Below, piece by piece: positions 18,922 to 28,738 of a stretch of DNA of 58,998 bases. A program made the position numbers and the translations under genes. The stretch lies in the IMG/VR virus record IMGVR_UViG_3300012206_000008, positions 1 through 58,998 of that record; one strand, 5' to 3'. The stretch's first letter is position 1. The number at the start of each line of letters is the position of its first letter. The notes beneath the pieces are model-generated. The model was given only the letters and a program-made list of their open reading frames with translations. It had not been told where the DNA came from and made no database searches. The DNA is from a virus. Lineage: Duplodnaviria > Caudoviricetes.

Positions 18922-19060
18922 GACTCAACCTTGCCTCGCTTCCTTCTTTCTGCTATACTGTTCTTGCTGGCAAGTGGCCAGCACTCTTGCAACAAACGAA
19001 CTACCAAAGACAAAATTTTTCGCTGACAACCCCGGAGAGACCGGGGTTGTTCTGCGTCCA

Positions 19061-19384
19061 CTACTTTCTTCTCGGTGGGCGTCCACGATTGCCGCCGCGT
19101 ATCATAGCTATCTGATGGTCTCCTGCTTCCATGAGTTGTTTTTTCGTGTCAAGAACGTAGTGAGAGAGGCAAGCAGCAACGTAGCTTTCTCCATACAATT
19201 CTTCCAGTTGAGTCAACAGAGTCGCGACCATCGCTACACCTTCTTCTCGCGTCGCTTGGTCAAATTCCATCAGCACGGTAAGTCCAACGCCATCAGGGTC
19301 ACGTTTGGCCGTGACGGTAAATCCACTGGTACCGCCGTGCATAGTCGTCTTGTTTTCGTTCGTGATGAGTGTTGTAATGGTCAT
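19061..19384 (-). CDS. Hypothetical protein
   Basis: ATGA coupling in leftward operon. Confidence 0.55.
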   Translation of the reverse strand: MTITTLITNENKTTMHGGTSGFTVTAKRDPDGVGLTVLMEFDQATREEGVAMVATLLTQLEELYGESYVAACLSHYVLDTKKQLMEAGDHQIAMIRGGNRGRPPRRK

Positions 19385-19596
19385 GCGGTTTTCCTCTCTT
19401 CTAGCAAAACTTCGTCAACATTGCAATATATCGCACCGGTAGTACATCCATCCAGCACTACGCATATCCTACCACGTGCGAGTTGCACATCGAGCGGCGT
19501 CCCTTGCCAGATATGCCCGTGCCCTTGTGGTGTCGTGCAACGGAGGTGTGGTGTATCATCCTGGACACCAGCCCAGGCATAGCGGATATTCGTCAT
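19381..19596 (-). CDS. Hypothetical protein
   Basis: ATGA coupling. Confidence 0.5.
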   Translation of the reverse strand: MTNIRYAWAGVQDDTPHLRCTTPQGHGHIWQGTPLDVQLARGRICVVLDGCTTGAIYCNVDEVLLEERKTA

Positions 19597-20006
19597 GAGG
19601 CTGCCTCGCTTTCCTGATAGACCGGATAGTCCCCACGTGGGTCTATTGTCCCGAAGTACTTCGTTCGTGTCTTCATACCATCTCGATAGAAGCCTTTCCA
19701 ATATCCGTGACTACTTTGATGGATACCCATCGGGACCCCATCGATTAAGTGACGTTGACCGCGCACCTTGAGCGGCTTCTCTGCTGTTTCAGTGATGGTC
19801 CATTCAGGCACAAACCAGTTCCAAGCTTGCTTGATAGACTCCCATTCTTCCGCTGTGAGAAATGTCTGCGTGAGCCGTTTGTGTGTGAGTGTAGCAACAA
19901 TGGCAAAGCCCTGCTCACCTTTGTGGATACGCTTGATGGTGGTCTCGACATAGCGCGTCTCGCGGCTTATTTGCGCTATGAGCGTTTCAGCCTGGTGTTG
20001 GGTCAT
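19593..20006 (-). CDS. Hypothetical protein
   Basis: ATGA coupling. Confidence 0.55.
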   Translation of the reverse strand: MTQHQAETLIAQISRETRYVETTIKRIHKGEQGFAIVATLTHKRLTQTFLTAEEWESIKQAWNWFVPEWTITETAEKPLKVRGQRHLIDGVPMGIHQSSHGYWKGFYRDGMKTRTKYFGTIDPRGDYPVYQESEAAS

Positions 20007-20662
20007 GCTGCCTCGCTTTCCAGATAGGCGAGAAGTTGCCTACCAAGTTCATAGGTATATGCTGGTGGAATCGCTTGCGTCAATTCCTCTTGAGTCATCC
20101 AATTTATTTGCATGGCTTCACATCCTGCCTCAAATGAGACAATGCCAGGACGCACACGCCCATCCTTGCGTGTTGTCCCTCTCAGAGAAGAATCCCAGAT
20201 GGAATGTCCATGCACGCTAATACAGCCTTTCCCATGACGACAGTGCCCTGGTGCAAAGAGCAGCACATTCGATTCAAAAAGCCGATGACGCTGGACACCA
20301 AGCCCGAACATGGAACCGCAGAGCGTGATAGAACCTGGCAATTCTGAGCGAGCACCATCGACATTTTCGATGATAAATGGCTTGCCTGTGGCTTGTAGAC
20401 GTTCGCGAATAGCAGGTATCAACTTTGCATGATGTTCTTTGCCGGTACTATTCAGTTCGGTGTATCCCTGGCAAACTGGGCTAGCATGGTAACAATCGAA
20501 GCCCGCTAGAGGAAAGGTGAGGGCATCGGCTACATGAAACTCATAGGGATACCGCGGCATCGGTGCCAGGTCAACACCGACAACCTCAAAGCCCGCTTGT
20601 GCATAACCCTGAGCACTTCCTCCACTTCCCGCGAACAAATCAAGCATACGGTATTTCTTCAT
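20003..20662 (-). CDS. C5 cytosine DNA methyltransferase-like protein
   Basis: LDLFAGSGG, ASPVCQ, IIENV, QRHRLFE motifs. Confidence 0.85.
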   Translation of the reverse strand: MKKYRMLDLFAGSGGSAQGYAQAGFEVVGVDLAPMPRYPYEFHVADALTFPLAGFDCYHASPVCQGYTELNSTGKEHHAKLIPAIRERLQATGKPFIIENVDGARSELPGSITLCGSMFGLGVQRHRLFESNVLLFAPGHCRHGKGCISVHGHSIWDSSLRGTTRKDGRVRPGIVSFEAGCEAMQINWMTQEELTQAIPPAYTYELGRQLLAYLESEAA

Positions 20663-20931
20663 GATTGCACCTTCTTTGCTTTGCCATAGTCCCGCAAGAA
20701 CGCCGTGATGGTATCGCTGTACACCTTATCATCGGCACTCTCCCGAAAGTACTTCAACGTCGCGACAATGCGCTTCTCCTCATACCCTCGTACCAGCCAA
20801 TCGAGAACAAGCACCGCAAGTTCACCTCGACGACTGACCGTATAGGGATGCATGGCTGTTATGAGAGAGTGTTTCTCGTGGACGGCCTTCGCGTACTCGG
20901 CTAATGCTTGGGTCGCTCCTTGTTGGTTCAT
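20659..20931 (-). CDS. Hypothetical protein
   Basis: ATGA coupling. Confidence 0.55.
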   Translation of the reverse strand: MNQQGATQALAEYAKAVHEKHSLITAMHPYTVSRRGELAVLVLDWLVRGYEEKRIVATLKYFRESADDKVYSDTITAFLRDYGKAKKVQS

Positions 20932-21035
20932 GCCTTTTCATCTCCTTCCCACAAGCTCACAACTCTCATCACCACAATCCCCAGCACCACTGGAGCGAGC
21001 AAACACACTGACAATATCCACTCATTCAGGCTCAT
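20928..21035 (-). CDS. 35-aa membrane peptide
   Basis: MSLNEWILSVCLLAPVVLGIVVMRVVSLW; coupled on both sides; not in ORF track. Confidence 0.5.
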   Translation of the reverse strand: MSLNEWILSVCLLAPVVLGIVVMRVVSLWEGDEKA

Positions 21036-21244
21036 GCGCTCACCTCACTTCCCTCATCAGGCGCGCCCTTCCTCTCACGTGCCACAAACTCACGTACACG
21101 CGTGCGCAGCCACGTATCAATCTCGCGTGCATCAGCAAGGTGACACGCCACCTGCCAGAGCATCTCTTGGTCGCGTCCGTAAAACACATGTGGCCTGGTT
21201 CGCTCATCAGCAAAGAGCGTTTCGTTCTTGTGATTGGGTTTCAT
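21032..21244 (-). CDS. Hypothetical protein
   Basis: ATGA coupling. Confidence 0.5.
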   Translation of the reverse strand: MKPNHKNETLFADERTRPHVFYGRDQEMLWQVACHLADAREIDTWLRTRVREFVARERKGAPDEGSEVSA

Positions 21245-21621
21245 GCTTCACTCTCACTCTCCATCAAAACGGCTTGCATCGCTCGCTCATGCCACCTCTC
21301 ATCAATCCTCTTCATTGCACGCAACAACATCCCTATCATCGCCTCATCTCCCATCATGATGACTGTGCGCCACTGAGCAGCACCACCGACAAGCGTATGT
21401 CTGCCCGTCGGGATGATCGGCCAGGAATATCTAAATGCTAAGGAAAGGAGCAAGCCACGATGCTCGCACGAGGCGCACCAGTGGTTGCCGAGTGCGTCTA
21501 CCATGACCGCGATGTCTCGACAACCAGAGCAGGCACACGGGAACCTTTCGATGTACTGCTGTAAAGCGGATTTCTCTTGTATATCAGTGTCTATAGGAAA
21601 CGGTTCTTTTCTCATAGCCAT
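21241..21621 (-). CDS. Hypothetical Zn-binding protein
   Basis: CxxC pairs; operon context. Confidence 0.55.
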   Translation of the reverse strand: MAMRKEPFPIDTDIQEKSALQQYIERFPCACSGCRDIAVMVDALGNHWCASCEHRGLLLSLAFRYSWPIIPTGRHTLVGGAAQWRTVIMMGDEAMIGMLLRAMKRIDERWHERAMQAVLMESESEA

Positions 21622-21625
21622 TTTG

Positions 21626-22042
21626 CTATACCCTCACCTTCACTGACTTCAGTCTAGAGTTGTCAACAATGTCAACCTTAACTGCAATCTGTTCTTGACT
21701 ATAGACAACATAGCATTCATCACTGTTTGTCTTGACCATACCTTGTGTGATCGCGCTTCTCATCCACTTAGGAACATTGGGGTGAAACCGCCTGGCATCG
21801 GAGCGAGGATATGGCTTATTGCGTGTATCACGTACCCAGGCTAGACCTTCTTGAGTGATTTCATCATCGGGCTTTTCCCAGAGGTAGTTAACAAGCTCGT
21901 TATAACAAGGCGAACAGAGCGTAATATTCGGCACATCTCTATTTGTAACAGTCCATCCATAGAAGGTATATCCACAGTGGTCACATTCAAATGGAGCAAT
22001 GGTACTTCGATGCTTCGTTTCCTTGCCTATTCCATTTTTCAT
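21626..22042 (-). CDS. Hypothetical Zn-finger protein
   Basis: CDHC/CSPC; TAATG coupling to prim-pol. Confidence 0.55.
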   Translation of the reverse strand: MKNGIGKETKHRSTIAPFECDHCGYTFYGWTVTNRDVPNITLCSPCYNELVNYLWEKPDDEITQEGLAWVRDTRNKPYPRSDARRFHPNVPKWMRSAITQGMVKTNSDECYVVYSQEQIAVKVDIVDNSRLKSVKVRV

Positions 22043-24771
22043 TATGCGCTTACCTCCGGTCTATAATGCTTTGAACAATAAGGGACACCAGTAGGGGTGT
22101 AGTACTCGACTTCTGCCTTACAGACTGAACAGAGTCCAGGGTCATCGGTTTGCGGGGTATGCGGTATTTGCGGGGTTAGTTTTCCACCACCCTCTATATG
22201 AAAAATCTCTATACTTCCTTCCTTTTTGTTAGTATCTAACTCTTCTGATTTTTCACACATGCGTAGGGATAAATTAGATACCGCATACCCCGCATACCCC
22301 GCAACTTTAAAAGTTGCTACTTTGGAATGACTTTCAATACCTTGAACAATGCGTAAGTTTTGCAAACCGTAAGGCGTGCCATTCTTCTTAGAAAGCGCAC
22401 GCCCTAGTTTTCGTGAGAGCGATTTATCTTCTTTGAGGAACATTGATCCTAGAGGTTCAGGAAGAACTTCAGCTAAATCCTTATGAGCATTGAGCTTTTC
22501 AATCAACTCTGAGGTTTTATATTCTTTGTCCCCTAGAATGTTTTGCCAAGTTTCTAAGAAAATAGCCCAAGCATTCCCATCAACATCGGCTTCTTTGTGC
22601 AATTCTGTGATATTTTCAAGAAAGCCGTCTATCCCTGCATAGGAAAGGATTCCCCCAATAACTTCAACCCATCTTGAAAAAGTTGCCAACTTCGCGAGCT
22701 TTTTAGTTGGTTGCGGCTGCCCAGCTTCAAACCATCCTCTAGCGATAATCAGTAGTGCTGAAATGATTTTCCCTCGATTCTCAAGAACAGCCTGATCAAG
22801 ATCAGGATATTTGAAATCTTCTCGTGTCCAAGGGTCGGATATCTGGCTAATGAGGCGGATACGATAGCTCCGGCGTGGTATATCCCCGCCTAACTGGATA
22901 TTATTTCCGTTGGCTATCCAGACGGCACGTTGCGGTACCGTCACATTTTTTGAGAAGCCTAAGACGCGGCTTTTGTGATAATCAGAAGTCAAAACTTTCG
23001 CGAGGATAGGGGATCGTAAGACACCCTCAATATTATCAACTGTAATCAGAGATGCCCCTTCCATGAGTAAAGCGGTAATCCGCTTATCCCATTCTTCATC
23101 ACTGCTTGTTTGTGTGATTGCGGCAGAAGACTTGCCGGTTGCTATCAGAGCAATCATATCTGTAAGCAGTCCTTTTCCCGTTCCTTGTTTTGTTGCATCA
23201 ATGAGAGCAAGAGGCACATGTTTGAACATTTGACGTGTCACTGTGCTAAGCAGCAATCCAACGGTATTAGCATGGTCAGCACGTCCCTCGAAAGGAAAAT
23301 CTTGAATGAATCCGGTGATGAATGCTGCTGCTGCTTTGACTTCCTCGTGTGTAGGATGGGGTGGAATGAGATCGAGGTTGAGACCCTCTTGAGGCATATA
23401 ATAAATACCTGTAGCTTGATCATAACCTGGGGTATCTAGCACCGTTCCATTAGGCCGAATGATGGGTGTTTGCACTAAAGCTTCAAGTGGGGGGAAAGGC
23501 CATTCATCAGGCTTCATAGCGAGAATATCTTGTACTGCATCTTTCGGAGGGGAAACGGCAACTTGGATAAATTCTCCATTTTTTTCTTTCAATCGGTAGT
23601 AGTTGGCAGCATTGGTCAAAACATGACGAAGTTCAGGCTCTCCCATATCCATGATGATCGGGGTGTGTTTTTCATCTCGCCCAATTCGCTTGATTTGAGC
23701 CGATTGAATGAAAAGCATAGGGTTCTGCTTTTCTGCCAGGGTTAAAGCTTGAAGTGATTCATGTGCCGTATTTCTGAGTTGATCCCCAATAAAGATGGTT
23801 GGTAAAGAGGTCTCATCAACAGAAGGAAGAGGGATCTCTGGTTTGTGTCCATTTGCGTTTGTATGAGAAGTCTTTTCCTGTTCGGTGGGGATGTAGATCG
23901 GTTCTTTGACAGGTACAAAACGCGGTTCTCTCGTACCGGCTTCAAGGGCACCGCGTAGGGTATCTTCAATCTCTTTTTCATCTAATCCGGTTCGGAGAGA
24001 TGCATCATAGAGAGCATTTTCAGCAGTAGAGCGTCCAAGTGCATTGCCTCCTACAAGTTGCCCCATCTTGAATGCTGAGAGGTTTAATTGAGTATTGCGT
24101 CCCCCTTGTGGGGTTGTTGCCAGTTCTCTACATTCATTTTCTAAGGCACCTAAACCATAGGGAGTATCACCTGAAGTGGTATGCTGATATCGTGGTTGGT
24201 TGTGAGGGATAGGATTTTTAGCTTTAGCACGCTTTTCTTGAACTTCCTCATACAAGGCAGTTATTTCAGATTGACGTTGCTCTAGTGTGGTAGGGGTATC
24301 AGGAAAATGTCTCCCTGTTATGGTAAAGTATCGTTTGCAGTCGTAAGCCTCGATACGATCATCCCTATCCGCTTTGATATCTGCGTTGATGTTCTCAGGA
24401 AGTGATCCGCGTACCCATATATGTAAGCCTTTCCCACTAGGGGAATATTCGGTATAGGAGTTTAATTTGCGTATGACGTATAAAGCCCATTCAGAAACGT
24501 TACCTTGTTCATCTACACAGTGATCAAGGTCAACACCACTAATCCCTTGCTCTTTGATAAATTCACGGCCTAACCCTTTGAGTAATTGCCTATGTGTTCG
24601 CAAATACTTAACGGCTTGTTCATAGGTAGCCCATGTATCGGGATTGTCTGCTTCCGCTCCGGTTCCTTTTCCGATCTCAAGAGGTTTTTTGTTCTGATCA
24701 TAACCAACCCATTGTTTTCCTGGTTTCAATTCCTCTAACGCTGGTAAAGATTTTTTTGCTACGGTGGACAT
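22042..24771 (-). CDS. Primase-polymerase fused to helicase-like P-loop domain (replication protein)
   Basis: GVDLDHC...YTEYSPSGKGLHI...YFTITG (NrS-1-like prim-pol); GGRNTQLN; Walker A GTGKG; GAGGAGG RBS. Confidence 0.85.
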   Translation of the reverse strand: MSTVAKKSLPALEELKPGKQWVGYDQNKKPLEIGKGTGAEADNPDTWATYEQAVKYLRTHRQLLKGLGREFIKEQGISGVDLDHCVDEQGNVSEWALYVIRKLNSYTEYSPSGKGLHIWVRGSLPENINADIKADRDDRIEAYDCKRYFTITGRHFPDTPTTLEQRQSEITALYEEVQEKRAKAKNPIPHNQPRYQHTTSGDTPYGLGALENECRELATTPQGGRNTQLNLSAFKMGQLVGGNALGRSTAENALYDASLRTGLDEKEIEDTLRGALEAGTREPRFVPVKEPIYIPTEQEKTSHTNANGHKPEIPLPSVDETSLPTIFIGDQLRNTAHESLQALTLAEKQNPMLFIQSAQIKRIGRDEKHTPIIMDMGEPELRHVLTNAANYYRLKEKNGEFIQVAVSPPKDAVQDILAMKPDEWPFPPLEALVQTPIIRPNGTVLDTPGYDQATGIYYMPQEGLNLDLIPPHPTHEEVKAAAAFITGFIQDFPFEGRADHANTVGLLLSTVTRQMFKHVPLALIDATKQGTGKGLLTDMIALIATGKSSAAITQTSSDEEWDKRITALLMEGASLITVDNIEGVLRSPILAKVLTSDYHKSRVLGFSKNVTVPQRAVWIANGNNIQLGGDIPRRSYRIRLISQISDPWTREDFKYPDLDQAVLENRGKIISALLIIARGWFEAGQPQPTKKLAKLATFSRWVEVIGGILSYAGIDGFLENITELHKEADVDGNAWAIFLETWQNILGDKEYKTSELIEKLNAHKDLAEVLPEPLGSMFLKEDKSLSRKLGRALSKKNGTPYGLQNLRIVQGIESHSKVATFKVAGYAGYAVSNLSLRMCEKSEELDTNKKEGSIEIFHIEGGGKLTPQIPHTPQTDDPGLCSVCKAEVEYYTPTGVPYCSKHYRPEVSA
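22151..22303. repeat. Inverted iteron clusters around an AT-rich core (putative origin)
   Basis: TGCGG(GG)TA-type units at 22151-22176 and inverted units at 22278-22303. Confidence 0.6.
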
Positions 24772-24813
24772 ATCTATCCTCCTCTTCCATCAGCCACCCA
24801 TCTTGATCATACC

Positions 24814-24928
24814 TTGTGTTCTTAGGCAACACATGATAGAATATAGACAAGGTGGCTTTAGCTACTCAGGGTTATTGCTCTCGATAGTCGGCAAAACTTT
24901 TAAGAAGCAGTAACCCGAACGCCCTTTT
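24814..24928 (+). ncRNA. Putative antisense RNA to the prim-pol leader, with promoter
   Basis: TTGTGT-17-TAGAAT with extended TG; stem GGGTTATTGCT/AGCAGTAACCC; T-run. Confidence 0.4.
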
Positions 24929-25164
24929 TATGCGTATATTTTATATGGGTTTGGCGGTTTCGGCTTTCTCTGTAACTTATCGACAATATCCTGCTCGGTC
25001 AACTCGTTGACCCGATGTACCGGCGCAATATAGCGAAAATGCGTTTTTCTGGTGTTTGGACTCCATTGCGCAGCGTACAAGTACCTGCCCCCTTTTCCAT
25101 GGGTCTGTAGATGTGGTGTCCATCCATATTTCTTGAGTATGGCTTCAACTTGCGGCAAGTCCAT
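24928..25164 (-). CDS. Hypothetical protein
   Basis: AGGAGG RBS; upstream TTGACA promoter near 25230. Confidence 0.55.
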   Translation of the reverse strand: MDLPQVEAILKKYGWTPHLQTHGKGGRYLYAAQWSPNTRKTHFRYIAPVHRVNELTEQDIVDKLQRKPKPPNPYKIYA

Positions 25165-25295
25165 AGCCCTCCTTTGCTCTTCTGTACTTCTCTTCTCTAT
25201 TATATAACAATTGTACAAGGTATGTCAAGTCATATCATTCTATCTACTTGTATCAAGTTGCCCACACACGCGAAACCGTCCAGGGCAAGACGGCG

Positions 25296-25436
25296 TTACC
25301 GTTCGTCCTTGTTACACAAGAGGCGTAGTACAGCCTGGGACATCTCGACCAGGTAGGAGAGTGCCAGCCCGATGAAGGACACGCCGAGGGTAGCAGCAAG
25401 GGCGAGGGCAAGCGCGAGGGTGATAAGTCGTGTCAT
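25296..25436 (-). CDS. 46-aa membrane peptide
   Basis: MTRLITLALALALAATLGVSFIGLAL; ATGA coupling; not in ORF track. Confidence 0.5.
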   Translation of the reverse strand: MTRLITLALALALAATLGVSFIGLALSYLVEMSQAVLRLLCNKDER

Positions 25437-25705
25437 CGTTGTCTGACGTTAGCCGCTCGTGCCATATTGTGCAAGACCTCATCTGGCGTGATGACTCGGC
25501 CTTTGAGGGTCATCTGAGAGTGGAAGTCGTTTTCAGTAATCATGGTAGAAGCCTCGTACATGAGACGCAAGGAGTCACGCAGCTCCACCAGATTGTTGAT
25601 GAGGATTTGCAGGTCCGCACTGTCTTGATATCGACGTTGGTGTTGACAAAAGCGTATGGACTCGTTGAGCGTGGTGATGGATTTCAGGAGTTGTTTCTCT
25701 GTCAT
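25433..25705 (-). CDS. Hypothetical protein
   Basis: Coupled to dUTPase; GAGGAG RBS. Confidence 0.55.
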   Translation of the reverse strand: MTEKQLLKSITTLNESIRFCQHQRRYQDSADLQILINNLVELRDSLRLMYEASTMITENDFHSQMTLKGRVITPDEVLHNMARAANVRQR

Positions 25706-26145
25706 GATTGCTCCTCTTTCAATCCAGTTGACCCTAGTCCATTTGTGCCACGCTCTGACGTTGAGAGACGGTCAACTTCTTCAAACTGCGCATGTATCAC
25801 AGGGCAGACAACCATCTGCGCTATTTTCTGGCCTTTGTTAATGCGTATCCACTCATCACTGAGATTGATGAGGATGACATAGATCTGACCCCTATAACCA
25901 GCATCAATAGTACCTGGGGTATTGAGCACAGTGAACCCTTTGTCGAGGGCTAATCCACTCTTGGGCCTGATTTGTAGCTCGAAGCCTGGTGGCACTTCGG
26001 CACTCAGACCAGTCGGGATAGCACGTCGAGCGTTTGGGAGCAACATACAGGGTGCATTGGCGTACAAGTCTGCACCGCTATCCGTTGGGTGCTCATACTT
26101 TGGCATGAGTGCGTCGCTATTGAGACGTTTGATTTTGATGTGCAT
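25702..26145 (-). CDS. dut: Trimeric dUTPase
   Basis: SGADL, RPKSGLA, GTIDAGYRG, KIAQM, RGTNGLGSTG motifs. Confidence 0.95.
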   Translation of the reverse strand: MHIKIKRLNSDALMPKYEHPTDSGADLYANAPCMLLPNARRAIPTGLSAEVPPGFELQIRPKSGLALDKGFTVLNTPGTIDAGYRGQIYVILINLSDEWIRINKGQKIAQMVVCPVIHAQFEEVDRLSTSERGTNGLGSTGLKEEQS

Positions 26146-26296
26146 ATTTCTTTAGTTTCTTCTTTCGTGTACGTCGAGTAGAGTATGAGCGTTTCGTACA
26201 GCAAAACTTCTCGTGCTTCTCTGTATCCCTGTACTCGTGGTGTGGCTGCTATCCCTCTGTTTGCCAGCTTGCATGATGTGTGTAGGCTGGCACCTC

Positions 26297-26614
26297 TTAT
26301 GCCGCTCGCTGCTTTAACCTCAATTGCGTCAAGATGTCCTCATCACAAATTGTTTTGATGTATGTGCCCTGTCTCGTTCGTCCTAGATAGCCTGCTGGCG
26401 TAATATAGGTGAACTCGCGGTCGAGAATGGCCTGTGCCACATGGATATCTGGTACAGGGGTCACGCGCACAAGTGGCACACCGTAGATGGTATTGTGTCC
26501 CTTATTGATGTGGAAGCCCTGAATGGTGACAGGTATCCATACTCGCGCTGACGGTACGAAGAGCTCACAGTACGATTGTGCTAAGTAGGCAGTTTGGAGT
26601 TGGTCAAGGGTCAT
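26297..26614 (-). CDS. Hypothetical protein
   Basis: AGGAGG RBS; ATGA coupling. Confidence 0.55.
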   Translation of the reverse strand: MTLDQLQTAYLAQSYCELFVPSARVWIPVTIQGFHINKGHNTIYGVPLVRVTPVPDIHVAQAILDREFTYITPAGYLGRTRQGTYIKTICDEDILTQLRLKQRAA

Positions 26615-26814
26615 GGGTTGCCTCCTTCAATGGTATAGGTACAGCCGAGGGGAAGATGGATAATCGCTACACGAGTTGGCTTCAGTCGGCTATCAACGGT
26701 CAGGACAGGACCATGTGGCTCATTTTTGTGCCAGTAGGTGATGAACCAGCGTTTCATGGGCCATTCCTGAGTTGGGGGACGATGAAAGCGACGGGTGATG
26801 AGGTTAGTGGTCAT
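26611..26814 (-). CDS. Hypothetical protein
   Basis: AAGGAG RBS before MTTNL. Confidence 0.5.
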   Translation of the reverse strand: MTTNLITRRFHRPPTQEWPMKRWFITYWHKNEPHGPVLTVDSRLKPTRVAIIHLPLGCTYTIEGGNP

Positions 26815-27028
26815 GATGGTATCTCCTTGTGTGGCTAGAACCTGTCCCAGACACGCTTGTGCCATGTGTAGTCCATGGCATCGAGACGTTGCTCCAAGAG
26901 GAAGCACATCTTGTTGAAAATGCGCACGCGGCCAGGGGAAGCATTGCGTGTAGAGCAGTCCACTGAAGCGCCATTCTCGCATGAGAAAGTCAATCTCGTC
27001 GTGGTCTACGGGTTGGGTGAAGTTTGGG

Positions 27029-27361
27029 TCAAGTTGCTGAGGTATTTTGTGCCTCGCTTCCTGCTCTGGGGTTGAGCAACTTATCAAGCGTCCTGCGATG
27101 AATGCGGTAGACTTGATAGTGCCCTTTGTGTGGCAGCGTAATGGCATCAAGAATGCCTTGTCTAATCCATCTGCGTACAGATGAAACATCACACCGCAAG
27201 ATAGCGGCTACTTCGGTCACAGTCAGCAAGTCGGATTCAGGTTCTGTGTTTGGTGTGTTCAGATTTCCATCCAACCACCGAGGAAAGTAGACGGATGCTA
27301 CAGGGGTACCTGATGTGGTTTCGCGGGCTATCCCGATGTACATACTTTTGTGGTCAGTCAT
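27029..27361 (-). CDS. Excisionase-like HTH protein
   Basis: LLTVTEVAAILRCDVSSVRRWIRQG...YRIHRRTLDKLL. Confidence 0.8.
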   Translation of the reverse strand: MTDHKSMYIGIARETTSGTPVASVYFPRWLDGNLNTPNTEPESDLLTVTEVAAILRCDVSSVRRWIRQGILDAITLPHKGHYQVYRIHRRTLDKLLNPRAGSEAQNTSAT

Positions 27362-27560
27362 ACTGTTTCACCTTCCTTGTTGGATACATCACGCGGTACA
27401 GCACACACATGGCAATCGCTCGGCGTGTCGTCTCTGCGTAACGCCTCTGTCCACACCAGGGAGCAAGCTGAGCGAGGTACTGCCGTTCGGTGATGTATCC
27501 CTCGACATAGGCGTGGAGTGCTTGTGAGGGTGTGATGGAGGTAGGAGTAGTTATTCCCAT
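27354..27560 (-). CDS. Hypothetical protein
   Basis: Overlap-coupled. Confidence 0.45.
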   Translation of the reverse strand: MGITTPTSITPSQALHAYVEGYITERQYLAQLAPWCGQRRYAETTRRAIAMCVLYRVMYPTRKVKQYD

Positions 27561-28045
27561 GGATCATCCCCAAAGAAATATTTTGCCCATTCAAAATGGC
27601 ACCCTGCTGCCTTTGCTGCGAACATATCCTCTTCCCTATCACCTACCATCAGCGTCTCTTCCGGCTTTGCATCGAAGGTCTGCATAGCCTCACGAAGCAT
27701 GCCAGGAGCGGGTTTACGCCGTGGGTCATCGTAGCGATATTGCTCTAATGGGGCAGTAGGCATATTACAGCAGATGTTGATCCCTCCAAGCGGGATACGT
27801 GCTTCTTGGCACATGCGTGTAATTTCAGCAACGATATCTTTTTCCTGCATGTATCCAAACGCAACGCCCCCTTGGTTACTCGCAATTGCAACACGTGCCC
27901 CTTGCTCATAGAGACTATGCAACTTGATGAGGCGGTGAGGAAGCCACTTCCAATCATCGGCGGTCTTGCGAAAGGTCGCACCTGATTTGGTTTCAACGAG
28001 CGTCCCATCTACGTCGAATATGCACAACTTGTAGAGCTTATCCAT
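27551..28045 (-). CDS. HAD-IIIA phosphatase (PNKP 3'-phosphatase/GmhB-like)
   Basis: FDVDGTL, ASNQGG, RRKPAPGM, MVGD...D motifs. Confidence 0.88.
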   Translation of the reverse strand: MDKLYKLCIFDVDGTLVETKSGATFRKTADDWKWLPHRLIKLHSLYEQGARVAIASNQGGVAFGYMQEKDIVAEITRMCQEARIPLGGINICCNMPTAPLEQYRYDDPRRKPAPGMLREAMQTFDAKPEETLMVGDREEDMFAAKAAGCHFEWAKYFFGDDPWE

Positions 28046-28062
28046 TTGTTCCCTCTCTGTTG

Positions 28063-28272
28063 CTATGCGTACTGCTTACCATCATTAGGCGAAACTTCAG
28101 GCTCTACTTGTAGCTTCTGAAATTGCTCTGCAACTATCGTGAGGAGTTTTTGTACCTCTTCCAAGTCGCCTCTATAGGTGATGTAGGCATTCTCACCGGC
28201 TTCTTTGAAGCCACCAATGGATATGCGTAATGCCATGGGGTCATCTTTTTTCTTCGTTACGAGTATTTTCAT
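28063..28272 (-). CDS. Hypothetical protein
   Basis: ATGA coupling. Confidence 0.55.
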   Translation of the reverse strand: MKILVTKKKDDPMALRISIGGFKEAGENAYITYRGDLEEVQKLLTIVAEQFQKLQVEPEVSPNDGKQYA

Positions 28273-28535
28273 GCTGCATATCTTTCTGCTACATAGGCCG
28301 CCTCAAGTTTATCCATTGTGCGCCAGAAATCATGCTCTATCTGCTCATCAAAAGGAGAGACAGCTAATGCTGTGCCACATACCACACAGCCTGGGTCTAT
28401 CCATGTGCTCGGCACGGATAACAGGCGTATCACAATATCCGTAGGCTTTGTTATGGGGACGTAGCATGTTTCGTGATACAAGGTTAGTCGAGGGGCTTGG
28501 AGGTGGATGACTTCGATAATATCAATTAACGTCAT
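28269..28535 (-). CDS. Hypothetical protein
   Basis: ATGA coupling. Confidence 0.5.
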   Translation of the reverse strand: MTLIDIIEVIHLQAPRLTLYHETCYVPITKPTDIVIRLLSVPSTWIDPGCVVCGTALAVSPFDEQIEHDFWRTMDKLEAAYVAERYAA

Positions 28536-28738
28536 ACTGTCCCTGCCTTTTCTCGCTGCTCACGGGCGCTCTCCCAACCTTCTAACAAGATTTCTATTAC
28601 CTGGTCAGTGAGACGGATGAACTGCGCTCCTGTCATGGTTTGTACTGCGATAGTGAGGACAAGTTGGAGACGGTCGTCATTCTCGCGTGCCATGTCCAGG
28701 ACGATTTTCGCGATGTGCTGATACTCTTGCTCGCTCAT
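28532..28738 (-). CDS. Hypothetical protein
   Basis: ATGA coupling. Confidence 0.5.
   Translation of the reverse strand: MSEQEYQHIAKIVLDMARENDDRLQLVLTIAVQTMTGAQFIRLTDQVIEILLEGWESAREQREKAGTV

Noticed and set aside
18431-19582. Plus-strand ORFs 18561-19582 and minus ORF 18431-18772
   Set aside because: Antisense to, or overlapping, better-supported coupled genes; no motifs
26611-27192. 193-aa ORF as a single gene
   Set aside because: Overlaps the HTH gene and has a strong internal RBS at 26814; 26835-27030 may be a decayed gene but cannot be resolved
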